A stretch of DNA of 63,868 nt, filler included, from Octopus bimaculoides (Eukaryota): the NCBI RefSeq assembly GCF_001194135.2. It is 5 parts of 5 records of this genome, joined end to end, with 100 filler letters (N's around TTAATTAATTAA, not from the genome) between each part and the next. Parts side by side here need not be neighbours in the genome. Positions count along the whole stretch, not along the records: positions 1 to 23,899 come from NC_068992.1; 4 more parts are not named here. One strand, 5' to 3'. The notes beneath the pieces were generated by a model that was given only the letters and a program-made list of their open reading frames with translations, had not been told where the DNA came from and searched no databases. Within the stretch, counting starts at the first letter, position 1. Every line of letters begins with the position of its first letter. A program made the translations under genes and the position numbers. Shown here piece after piece: positions 1-11,455 of this stretch.

Positions 1-46
<46 letters not shown>

Positions 47-223
47 TAGATAGATAGATATATGTGTGTATGTATGTATAAATGTATTCACATGTGTGTG
101 TGTGTGTGCATGCAAGTAAATATCACAGAATTATAAACAAATCAGTAAGACAGTTTCTATGAAATAAAAGAATTTCCGTATACCTCTGCAGCTGGAAGCA
201 TGCGGCTCGTAATGAAGATGTTG

Positions 224-340
224 TCAGGCAGTGAAGACATACTTTTGTGTCGGTACACACTGCTTCTTTTTAATACATTTCCACAGCCACTCGGACGTTA
301 TACAGACAGCTGAAGGCGAAGCTGAGCTGACATCACTTTC
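224..340 (-). CDS. LIG3: DNA ligase III, terminal coding exon (BRCT C-terminal half: ESDVSSASPSAVCITSEWLWKCIKKKQCVPTQKYVFTA*)
   Basis: Acceptor ccctcag|GAA, phase 0, TGA at 224-226. ITSEWLWKCIKKK resembles the LIG3 BRCT end (VSPEWIWACIRKR in human, recalled). Confidence 0.88.
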   Translation of the reverse strand, partial: ESDVSSASPSAVCITSEWLWKCIKKKQCVPTQKYVFTA

Positions 341-1249
341 CTGAGGGATTTTTTTGTTGTTATTATTGTCGTCGTTGTTGTTGGTGGTGGTGGTGGTTTT
401 GTGTATTGAATTAAACAAAAATAAAAAGTTTAGTTTTTGAAAAACTTGAAGTACAACAAGAAACAAGATATAGTAGCAGTAATAACAACAACAATAATAA
501 AAATTTTGAAAATCATAAAAATAATAATAATCTTCAAGTATAATATGGTTTTCATAATATTACTCTATACCGAAATAATAAAAACATTTTAAAAGTTATC
601 TACACCCACACACACAATGTGTGTGTATTAAAATATATATGCTAACACAAACAACACATACAATATATATGAACATCAACACATGTATACATACTAACAT
701 ACATGTTTGCTAAAACTAAATGCACTAGTATATCTAAACACACACACATACAATCTGTATGTACATTAATACATTTATATATACTAAAACAAACATACAT
801 ACATACATACATACACACACACACATACAATCTGTATAACTATTAATGCATTTATACATATTAAGGGATACACACACATACACACAATTTAACTGCACTG
901 GTACATTATTCAACTAAGACACACAAACATATAGGTATTTTAAACTATAAAATCATTAATCTGCTAAACATAAAATCACATACATATACACACAGTCTAT
1001 ACATACATTAATGCTAATACACAAACACACACATACATATATATACACATATTCATACAAACATACACAATAAACAACAAAATGTAACAAATTTTACAAA
1101 ACTTTAGAAATATAGTTTTAAAAAAAAACACCTCCATAAACAACACCAAAATGTTGTAAATAAAAATGTTAAGAACATTTTAGAGAAAGCTGGGAAAAGA
1201 AAAGTTTTTAAAATTATCATCATCGTTTTAATGTCCATTTAAATACAAG

Positions 1250-3480
1250 AGATCAGTCTCACATANNNNNNNNNNTCTCATATAGATCATAAACAGAGAG
1301 ATCAGTCTCACATAGATCATAAACAGAGAGATCAATCTCACATAGATCATAAACAGAGAGATCAGTCTTGCATAAATTATAAACAGAGAGATCAGTCTTG
1401 CATAAATTATAAACAGAGAGATCAGTCTCACATAGGTCATAAACAGAGAGATCAGTCTCACATAGACCATAAACAGAGAGATCAATCTCACATAGATCAT
1501 AAACAAAGAGATCAGTCTCGCATAAATTATAAACATAAAATCACATACACATACACACAGTCTATACATACATTAATGCTAATACACAAACACACACATA
1601 CATATATATACACATATTCATACAAACATACACAATAAACAACAAAATGTAACAAATTTTACAAAACTTTAGAAATATAATTTTTAAAAAAAACACCTCC
1701 ATAAACAACACCAAAATGTTGTAAATAAAAAATGTTAAGAACATTTTAGAGAAAGCTGGGAAAAGAAAAGTTTTTAAAATTATCATCATCATTTTAATGT
1801 CCATTTAAATACAAGAGATCAGTCTCACATAGATATCATAAACAGAAAGATCAGTCTTGTANNNNNNNNNNNNNNNNNNNNNNNNNNNNNNNNNNNNNNN
1901 NNNNNNNNNNNNNNNNNNNNNNNNNNNNNNNNNNNNNNNNNNNNNNNNNNNNNNNNNNNNNNNNNNNNNNNNNNNNNNNNNNNNNNNNNNNNNNNNNNNN
2001 NNNNNNNNNNNNNNNNNNNNNNNNNNNNNNNNNNNNNNNNNNNNNNNNNNNNNNNNNNNNNNNNNNNNNNNNNNNNNNNNNNNNNNNNNNNNNNNNNNNN
2101 NNNNNNNNNNNNNNNNNNNNNNNNNNNNNNNNNNNNNNNNNNNNNNNNNNNNNNNNNNNNNNNNNNNNNNNNNNNNNNNNNNNNNNNNNNNNNNNNNNNN
2201 NNNNNNNNNNNNNNNNNNNNNNNNNNNNNNNNNNNNNNNNNNNNNNNNNNNNNNNNNNNNNNNNNNNNNNNNNNNNNNNNNNNNNNNNNNNNNNNNNNNN
2301 NNNNNNNNNNNNNNNNNNNNNNNNNNNNNNNNNNNNNNNNNNNNNNNNNNNNNNNNNNNNNNNNNNNNNNNNNNNNNNNNNNNNNNNNNNNNNNNNNNNN
2401 NNNNNNNNNNNNNNNNNNNNNNNNNNNNNNNNNNNNNNNNNNNNNNNNNNNNNNNNNNNNNNNNNNNNNNNNNNNNNNNNNNNNNNNNNNNNNNNTCTCA
2501 CATAGATCATAAACAGAGAGATCAGTCTCACATAGATCATAAACAAAGAGATCAGTCTCACATAGATCATAAACAGAGAGATCAGTCTCATATAGATCAT
2601 AAACAGAGAGATCAGTCTCACATAGATCATAAACAGAGAGATCAGTCTCACATAGATCATAAATAGAGAGATCAGTCTCACATAGATCATAAACAGAGAG
2701 ATCAGTCTTGCATAAATTATAAACAGAGAGATCAGTCTCACATAGGTCATAAACAGAGAGATCAGTCTCACATAGATTATAAACAGAGAGATCAATCTCA
2801 CATAGACCATAAACAGAGAGATCAATCTCACATAGATCATAAACAAAGAGATCAGTCTCGCATAAATTATAAACAGAGAGATCAGTCTCGCATGGATTAT
2901 AAACAGAGAGATCAATCTCACATAGACCATAAACAGAGAAATCAATCTCACATAGATCATGAACAAAGAGATCAGTCTCGCATAAATCATAAACAGAGAG
3001 ATCAGTCTCACATAGATCATAAACAGAGAGATCAGTTTCACGTAGATCATAAACAGAGAGATCAGTCTCGCATGGATTATAAACAGAGAGATCAGTCTCA
3101 CATAGGTCATAAACAGAGAGATCAGTCTCACATAGATTATAGAAAGATCAGTCTTGCATAAATTATAAACAAAGAGATTGGTCTCACATAGATCATAAAC
3201 AGGGTGATGAGTCTTACATAGATCGTAAAAAGGGAGATTGGTCTCACATAGGTCATAAACAAAGAGATCAGTCTTATATAGATCATAAACAGGGTGATCA
3301 GTCTTACATAGATCATAAACAGGGTGATCAGTCTTACATAGAAATTATTAATGGAGGAGAAGCACTACACCATCAACATTAGTGTTACATAGATCATAAA
3401 CAGAGAGACTTGTCTTACATAAACAGAGAGATCAATCTTACATAGATCAGAAGCAAAGAGATCAGTCTTACATAGAGATC
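1250..3480. repeat. 30-bp minisatellite array (AGAGAGATCAGTCTCACATAGATCATAAAC)n, partly in N gaps
   Basis: Near-identical 30-nt units at 1276-1530 and 2496-3140, decaying towards 3480. Explains the spurious ...RLISLFM... and ...SHIDHKQRDQ... ORFs. Confidence 0.95.
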
Positions 3481-4355
3481 ATAAGCAGGGGATAAGCATT
3501 ACTTTTCCATGCTTGCATGGATCAGGTGAAATTCAGTAAGGAAGATTTTCTGCAGTTGGATGCTCTTCGTGTCACCAACTCTTAGCTATTTCCAAGCAGG
3601 GTTAGTACAAATAGCATTTTAAGTCTTTTTATCATTATAAATATATCAAGAGGGATGAGTAGTGTTCCTGACCCCCTTTCAGGTCCTTAAAACCTGGTCA
3701 GATCAATGCATGTCTCAAAGAAAACAATTCCACTTACCTATTCCAGGAGGAATGGATAAGTGGAGTAAGAAGAATGGTTGGACGTATTATTTTATCTTTT
3801 ACCTGTTTCAGTCATTGGACTGCGGCCATGCTGGGGCACAGCCTTGAAGAGTTTTACTCTCAAACAAATCAACCCTGGCATTATGTTTTGAAGTCTGGCG
3901 CTTATTATATTGGTCTCTTTTGCTGGACTGCTAAGTTGTGACAATGTAAACAAAACAACAGCAATTGTCAAGCAGTGGGGGAACAGACACAAAGACAAAG
4001 ACACACATATACACAAACACACACATACACAAAACAGGCTTCTTTCAGTTTCTATCACTAAATCCACTGACACAGCTTTGGTTGACCCCCCAAGGCTGTA
4101 GTAGAACACACTTGCCCAAGATGCCACAGAATCATGGTTAAGAAGAAGACTTCTTACCACACAGCCATGCCTGCACCTATACATATCTGTAAAAAATATT
4201 TATTTAAATCAAAATATAACTGGATGGTCATGGAACTTCTTTGACGAGGGGTTGGCTGAATTAGAGCTGATCTGAGGGTAGAGGCAAATAAGAAATACGT
4301 TGATCCATACAAATATTAATAACAACAATTGAATGAATATCTTGATTGAACCTAC

Positions 4356-4428
4356 ATTGAGATCTTTGACAATGACAAGGTGGGTGGCGTTGGAGACGTC
4401 ATGTTCCAGCAATACTTCTCCATCGAAA
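4356..4428 (-). CDS. LIG3: DNA ligase III BRCT exon ((A)FDGEVLLEHDVSNATHLVIVKDLN)
   Basis: Matches human AFDGDLVQEFDMTSATHVL (recalled). Preceded by a U12 branch site TTCCTTAAT and an AC 3' splice site; ends AAT|GTAGGT. 73 nt (1+72). Confidence 0.88.
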
Positions 4429-4971
4429 GTGCGATTAATTAAGGAAAACAATTAGAGAAACACAGACAACTAGAATTGAATACAAGTAACAATGGCACAA
4501 AATATTTATTTATTTATAATAATACGCAGAAATATGGTTGTTTGGTTTGCAATGTTCACTTTGAAGCAAAGGGGTTTTAGGTTCAATTCTACAGTGTAAC
4601 ACTGAGCATGTGTCTTCTACTATTGTCTCAAGTTAGCCAATACTTTGTGAGGGAAATTGGGTGGATGGAAACTGTATGGAAGCCCAATGGGTGTGTTTCT
4701 ATCTCAGTGTGCATATGTCTGTCTGTGTGTGTGTACATGCATTTGTGTGTACAATCATTTTCAGTCAACAAATATGGACTGAGGCATTTTCTATGACCAA
4801 GTTTCCTTCCTCATGCCAGCCCTCAAGTGTTTCCAAGCAAGGTAATATTCCTCTATAGCTAGACAGTTTTTCACAAAAAATTCCAAATGAAGGACATTGC
4901 ACTTGTTTACAAGTAACAGATGATATCAGGAAGATACAAACACACACAACCACATGCATGTATACATACAA

Positions 4972-5005
<34 letters not shown>

Positions 5006-5319
5006 TTCCTACTTCATGTAGATATACTGTAAAAACACCTTAATACTGCAGTATTCATTTTGAGAAAGCATTTCATATAGACATTTAGTGTTCTAAAGTA
5101 CAGAAGCATCAGTGGTAGATAAAAAGTGCCTTGCACTGGCAGTGGAGCTGCTAAATCACATGATTTCTGTGAGTTTGTGCATCATCAGCAGCAGGTATCT
5201 ACTAATACCACATGCAAGCCAAACTTCCACTTCTCCTGATATAGAAAAACTGACTAATCAGTCAATGGCACTGCAAATAGCTGGAAGGTTTGACAAAAGT
5301 TAGTTATCAGCAACAGAAG

Positions 5320-5460
5320 TACTATGGCTATACCCTACAGTTATATATACGAGAAGTTTAAAAGTGGCCAGACAGGCGTGACGCACAAAGAGGGAGTTAA
5401 GACGCCCGTCAACCTCCACCACTGACGAGAAGATTCAACAAGCTAGAGAGATAGTAATGG
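5320..5460 (+). mobile_element. Mariner transposase fragment
   Basis: Frameshifted KFKSGQT...RPSTSTTDEKIQQAREIVM, typical of the mariner HTH linker region. Confidence 0.55.
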
Positions 5461-6723
5461 TGAACTAGTTTACCATCACCATCTCTTGGAACATTGCTCT
5501 GTGTTCTTCTTTGATGGACATTACTAGTGGAATGGCCATGCTTACTGTAAATCCAGAAAGAAAAATGGCGCAATCAAGCTCAAACTTCAATCATGTGACC
5601 ACAATAGTACCAACTATAAGCACACATGCACAGAAGGCAGTGTGACAATAATAAAGATATGTTATGGCGAAAGTGCAAATAATTTTTGACTTCCCTTCAT
5701 ATATATATATATATATGAAGGGAATATATATATATATATAGGCGATGGCTTCTTGGAGCTAATTCACGGCAGCTTTCGTCCTAATTTTGGGACTGCCATG
5801 TTGGCTTGGCGATAACTATTAATTTCCAGTACCGCTGCCGTAGTCTCCTTTAGAGAGACTTAGAAATATTAATAACTCTATTTCTGAAAACCAGTGNNNN
5901 NNNNNNNNNNNNNNNNNNNNNNNNNNNNNNNNNNNNNNNNNNNNNNNNNNNNNNNNNNNNNNNNNNNNNNNNNNNNNNNNNNNNNNNNNNNNNNNNNNNN
6001 NNNNNNNNNNNNNNNNNNNNNNNNNNNNNNNNNNNNNNNNNNNNNNNNNNNNNNNNNNNNNNNNNNNNNNNNNNNNNNNNNNNNNNNNNNNNNNNNNNNN
6101 NNNNNNNNNNNNNNNNNNNNNNNNNNNNNNNNNNNNNNNNNNNNNNNNNNNNNNNNNNNNNNNNNNNNNNNNNNNNNNNNNNNNNNNNNNNNNNNNNNNN
6201 NNNNNNNNNNNNNNNNNNNNNNNNNNNNNNNNNNNNNNNNNNNNNNNNNNNNNNNNNNNNNNNNNNNNNNNNNNNNNNNNNNNNNNNNNNNNNNNNNNNN
6301 NNNNNNNNNNNNNNNNNNNNNNNNNNNNNNNNNNNNNNNNNNNNNNNNNNNNNNNNNNNNNNNNNNNNNNNNNNNNNNNNNNNNNNNNNNNNNNNNNNNN
6401 NNNNNNNNNNNNNNNNNNNNNNNNNNNNNNNNNNNNNNNNNNNNNNNNNNNNNNNNNNNNNNNNNNNNNNNNNNNNNNNNNNNNNNNNNNNNNNNNNNNN
6501 NNNNNNNNNNNNNNNNNNNNNNNNNNNNNNNNNNNNNNNNNNNNNNNNNNNNNNNNNNNNNNNNNNNNNNNNNNNNNNNNNNNNNNNNNNNNNNNNNNNN
6601 NNNNNNNNNNNNNNNNNNNNNNNNNNNNNNNNNNNNNNNNNNNNNNNNNNNNNNNNNNNNNNNNNNNNNNNNNNNNNNNNNNNNNNNNNNNNNNNNNNNN
6701 NNNNNNNNNNNNNNNNNNNNNNN

Positions 6724-7733
6724 GTGCCATTCAGTAACAACTTTAGCTGTGTGAATTGGTGCATTATCATCCTGAAAGATTGAGTTTCCGTCTGGAAGCA
6801 GTTCCACAACCATAGGATGAATTTGATCAGATAAAATGCTTAAATAGTTTTGACTATTAATTCTGCCATGGAGGGAAACCATTGGGCCGATCGGATTTCT
6901 AAGATATAGCCCCACCCCAGATCATCACAGATCCTTCTCCATGTTTAACTGTTGGAAGAAGGCAGTCTGGATCAAATGCTTCTTTTGGCTGTCTCCACAC
7001 ATATACTCAGTCGATGGTCGGAAATAANNNNNNNNNNTTGGCTGTCTCCACACATATACTCAGTCGATGGTCGGAAATAAGGTAAAGGATGACTTGTCCA
7101 AGAAAATAACATTCTTCCACAGCTCTAGGGACTAATCCTGTAGGTTTTTACTCCATTCTAAACGCTTTGCAACATTTGTTTTTGAAAGTAGTGGTTTTCT
7201 GATTGCAGCCCTCCCATGAGATCTGGCTTTGTGCAGCTCCTGGTGAACAGCTTTTGTGGAACATGGGTTCTTGAGGTGGTCATTAAGTTCTGCAGTAAAT
7301 TTAGTAGCTGTACTTTTGTGATCCTTTCTAACAATTCATGTAAGAGTCTGGTGGTCCCTATCTGAAAGTTTTGGTTTTCTTTCGGAGTTCTTTTTTGATG
7401 AGGAGGTTTTTCCCTCTTTCTCAAAGGCTGTCATTACTTTCGAGACAGTATTTCTTGATACACCAAACATTTTGGCTGTTTTTGTTACACTAGCACTTGC
7501 CATATGAGCACCAACAAGGTGACCTCTTTGAAAGTCCAATAGATCTGTCATTTTAATAAATTTTAATTACCTTTTTCTGATGATATTTGAAAAGAAACAG
7601 CAATTTTAGCAAAACATATTAAGCAACACTAATAATAAATTAAAAAACCCCCAAAAAAAACAAGATTTTGACGGTTTTATAGATATTTCAAAACTATGAT
7701 GCTAGGTGTTTCCATTATTTTGTCCAACTCCTG
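6724..7733 (-). mobile_element. Tc1-like DNA transposon copy 1 (decayed; 3' end in gap)
   Basis: TA + 29-bp TIR CAGGAGTTGGACAAAATAATGGAAACACC at 7733-7705. HTH region MTDLLDFQRGHLVG...; catalytic region FQDDNAPIHTAKVVTEWH. Frameshifts present. Confidence 0.9.
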
Positions 7734-8935
7734 TATGTGTATATATATATATATAAACAATATACGAGTATATGCATATATATGTACATGTATGTACATA
7801 CCTTCATCTACATGTACATATAGATACATATCTGGGTGCATGACGTTGCAAAAAAAACATAGACAAAATGATAAACAAGGTACNNNNNNNNNNNNNNNNN
7901 NNNNNNNNNNNNNNNNNNNNNNNNNNNNNNNNNNNNNNNNNNNNNNNNNNNNNNNNNNNNNNNNNNNNNNNNNNNNNNNNNNNNNNNNNNNNNNNNNNNN
8001 NNNNNNNNNNNNNNNNNNNNNNNNNNNNNNNNNNNNNNNNNNNNNNNNNNNNNNNNNNNNNNNNNNNNNNNNNNNNNNNNNNNNNNNNNNNNNNNNNNNN
8101 NNNNNNNNNNNNNNNNNNNNNNNNNNNNNNNNNNNNNNNNNNNNNNNNNNNNNNNNNNNNNNNNNNNNNNNNNNNNNNNNNNNNNNNNNNNNNNNNNNNN
8201 NNNNNNNNNNNNNNNNNNNNNNNNNNNNNNNNNNNNNNNNNNNNNNNNNNNNNNNNNNNNNNNNNNNNNNNNNNNNNNNNNNNNNNNNNNGTATATCATA
8301 TTATATATTGTATATTCCATATTCTATACCCCACATTAGTTCTGCAGGAATATAAATAAAACATAAAAAACAGACAGTGTTGGAACTCTTTTAAGCAAAA
8401 TAATATATTCCTCTATACAAAATCATACAAAAAAACCCATCTTTTTTGTATTTATTTTTACTCGCATATATATATATATAAACAATATACGAGTATATGC
8501 ATATATATGTACATGTATGTACATACCTTCATCTACATGTACATATAGATACATATCTGGGTGCATGACGTTGCAAAAAAAACATAGACAAAATGATAAA
8601 CAAGGTACAAAAACCACACAGGCCACATAGAGAGCATATCCTTCAGCAGCTGCCACCATTAAAACACTGGCGTTTAGCAACTTGAGCATATACAGAGCAA
8701 ACCCTTGTGATGGATTTGGTAGACAGAAACTGAGAGTAATACTTCTAATCAATTCTTTTAAAAACAATGAGTGTGTATGCGAGTGTTCATTTTGCATGTG
8801 CCTATGCAAACACATACATGTATACACTCCTAGATATACATGTGTATACACAGAATTATATATTTATGCATACATATATACATACATGTCCACATATACA
8901 CATATGTGTATATACTTATACTCATATATAGATAT

Positions 8936-8983
<48 letters not shown>

Positions 8984-9635
8984 TAAAACATATATCAATA
9001 AAATCTATTAAACATTTTGAAAAGCAATGTATTTTTCTGAACCAGAATGAAATTCAAAGAGGCTTGTATTTGCATAAATGGTGCTTAGTATTAATTGAAG
9101 GTATTATTTTGGAATATTGCTTAAACAGCAACACAATTTCATAACTTCAATTGTACAGAGTTTATGACGTTTACGAAAATATTAACACAAAAACCTGAAG
9201 TGAAATCAAAAGCCATTTTTGCAGGTGTTGTTCACAAAGGTTTTTAGACAAAAGAACATAAGGATAAGTATTTCCTTGAAACTTACATTTCATATTTCAA
9301 AAAATATTCAGACAATGGGATATAGCCCACATTTTTTATCATAGGTCCTGTTGGATCAGAGTTGACCAGGGGCTAAACAACAGCAACAATAACAGAGTCA
9401 AATTTATTAGATAGCTTCTGTGTAGTCACTGAACCTATTAGAAATAGCAGCTAAATCCTCTCTCCAATAGAGAAGAGCACATTAAACAATGTCTTGGCAA
9501 ACATATATTTAAAAAAAACAAGATGGCCCACAGTTGGGACACTTTTGATTACAGGTCCTGCAGGATCAGGGCTGACCAAGGACTAAACAACAACAACAAT
9601 AACAAACATCTAACATTGTAACCATAAAAGGATAT

Positions 9636-9727
9636 GCAATAATGAATCGCTTCAGTTTCTTGTAGGATTCCATATTTTTAGGAAGGTAAATCTTCAGGTT
9701 ATGGAACACATTGGGCAGTGGATCTGA
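9636..9727 (-). CDS. LIG3: DNA ligase III BRCT N-terminal exon (SDPLPNVFHNLKIYLPKNMESYKKLKRFIIA)
   Basis: Acceptor cccttcag|TCA, phase 0. Aligns to human [28 protein letters not shown] (recalled). Ends at a U12 AT donor in phase 2. Confidence 0.9.
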
Positions 9728-9809
9728 CTGAAGGGGTATGAAAAAGAAAGGTCATTAATTAATCATGTAATCATTGTGCTATTAGTATCTATGTAATCAC
9801 TAATTAGTT

Positions 9810-10015
9810 TCAAATTTTGGCACAAAGCCAGCAATTTTGGGGGAGGAGATAAGTCTTTTACATTGACCCCTGTGTTCAAATGGTCCTTACTTTATTGACC
9901 CCAAAAGGATGAAAGGCAAAATCAACCTCAGCAGAACTCAGAATGTTAAGACAGACGAAATGCTGCGAAGCATTTTGCCTGTCGTGCAAGCAATTCTACC
10001 AGCTTGCCGCCTTGT
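9810..10015 (+). mobile_element. Abundant (TAA)n-tailed SINE family, representative copy
   Basis: The motif gaccccgaaaggatgaaaggcaaagtcgacc...gaatttgaactc recurs at about 18270, 30155, 33940, 36535, 44970 and 55510. Confidence 0.75.
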
Positions 10016-10127
10016 AATGACTAATTAACCATCATCATCATCATTTCACGTCTGTTTTCTATGCTGGCGTGGGTTGGATGGTGAGGTGATGGTAGCGACA
10101 TATCAAAAACCCACCAGCCGTGGAGAT

Positions 10128-10643
10128 CAGTGGTTTTCAACCTTTTTAATCATCATCATCATCATCATTTAATGTTCGCTCTCCATGCTGGCAGGAGTTG
10201 GATGGTTTGACAAGCTTTTTAGGTGCCACTGGCACAGGTGTCTTTATGCAACACCAGCACAAGTGCTTCTTAAGTGGCACCGGCACCTGAAAGGACAAGC
10301 CTGCATATGTGGAGGCAGCGATTTTACTTAGTTTGACGTGTCTTATCAAATACAACAAATCACCACATCTCCTGGGCCTTTGTCATTTCCTCAGTGAGAC
10401 CCAACATCCAAAGATCCTTTCTCACCACTTCATCCCTACATCATCCTCGGTCTACCTCTTCCAGATACACAAGGGTCAAATCCAAAACCAGGATCTTTTT
10501 AAAGGGGCCACACCAAAAAAAGTAAAACACAAGTCAATTAAAGAAAACCTTATTATATTTATAGAGGGGAGACCACTAAGGGGCCACCCAAAGGATGCTT
10601 GAGGGCCACATGCAGCCCTGGGAGCCACGGTTGAGAATCCTTG
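10128..10643. mobile_element. hAT-like MITE with nested SINE/LINE fragments
   Basis: Imperfect TIRs cagtggttttcaacc (10128-10142) and ggttgagaatccttg (10629-10643) around a (CAT)n-tailed insert. Confidence 0.45.
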
Positions 10644-10729
10644 ATATAGACTCTCAAGACACATCCATTTTAATGAACATGAAATGGAAGAGAACAATAA
10701 GAACAACCTACTCATGGCAACCATCTAAC

Positions 10730-11190
10730 CACTAATTAGCTATACAATTACTAATTAACTATGTGATTACTAATTAACTATATAATTACTAATTAAATAT
10801 GCAATCACTAATTAACCATGTATTCAGTAATTAACTATGTAATCAATAATTGACCATGAAATCACTGATTGACCAAATAATTACTAATTAATCACAACAG
10901 CAATAATTAGCAAAGCAATCATGAATTAATCAAATAGTCACTAACTGACAAAGTAATCATTGATGTAATAACTATGTAATCACTAAGTAAGAAAACAATC
11001 TTTACTTAACAAATTAATTATCAATTAACAATGCATTCCCTAATAACCATGCAATGCATAATTAACAACGTAATCATTAATTTAGTATAATTATGAATTA
11101 ACCCTGCAATTCCTAATTAACCATGTAATTATTAATTAACATGGTTAATTAACATGGTTAATTAACATGGTTAATTAACCATGTTAACTG
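10730..11190. repeat. Degenerate ~20-bp AT-rich tandem repeat ending in a 14-bp tandem and a 26-bp perfect palindrome
   Basis: Recurrent taattactaattaaccatg-like units; TTAACATGGTTAATTAACCATGTTAA at 11162-11187. Confidence 0.75.
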
Positions 11191-11344
11191 ATGATTTTTG
11201 GCATAAACATAAGCCTGCAGAATATTAAAACCATTTTTCTGGGCAGAATTGTATGGGTAATCTAAAGCTACAAATTTTTAACTTCACTAGGATTTGAATT
11301 CGTTGATCTGGGGATTAAACAGTAAAACAAGAAATATTTTATAC

Positions 11345-11455
11345 CACAGAAGCACTGGCAGAACCACTGGACGATGTAGAATGGTCAAAAGCTTCCAAAT
11401 GTTGAGGATTCTTTTGGTAACAACCACTGCCATATTTACACATTGGTTTCTTCTC
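11345..11455 (-). CDS. LIG3: LIG3 exon encoding a PBZ zinc finger (EKKPMCKYGSGCYQKNPQHLEAFDHSTSSSGSASASV)
   Basis: Acceptor ttctgcttgcag|GAG, donor GTG|GTATAA. 111 nt, phase 0-0, in frame with both neighbours. C-x5-C-x6-H-x5-H spacing with the YG, CY and NPxH residues of the PBZ consensus. Confidence 0.85.

Larger units (their letters stand above)
4429..9635 (-). other. LIG3: U12-type (minor spliceosome) AT-AC intron of LIG3
   Basis: 5' site GC|ATATCCTTTT at 9635, branch TTCCTTAAT at 4446-4438, 3' site ...cgcAC|TTTCGAT at 4429. Splicing restores LKRFIIA-FDGE. Confidence 0.9.

Noticed and set aside
966-1831. ~300-bp tandem duplication (966-1265 vs 1531-1831)
   Set aside because: The copies straddle a 10-N gap and differ by a few SNPs; most likely both haplotypes were assembled side by side.
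1228-3161. Long repetitive ORFs (RLISLFMIYV / SHIDHKQRDQ) and the apparent repeat-spacer (CRISPR-like) periodicity
   Set aside because: They are translations of a 30-bp minisatellite; there are no unique spacers and no cas genes, and the context is eukaryotic.
7735-8606. Exact ~150-bp duplications flanking gaps (also 6988-7080 and 58055-58308)
   Set aside because: Identical sequence on both sides of N runs is the typical signature of a scaffolding overlap artefact.
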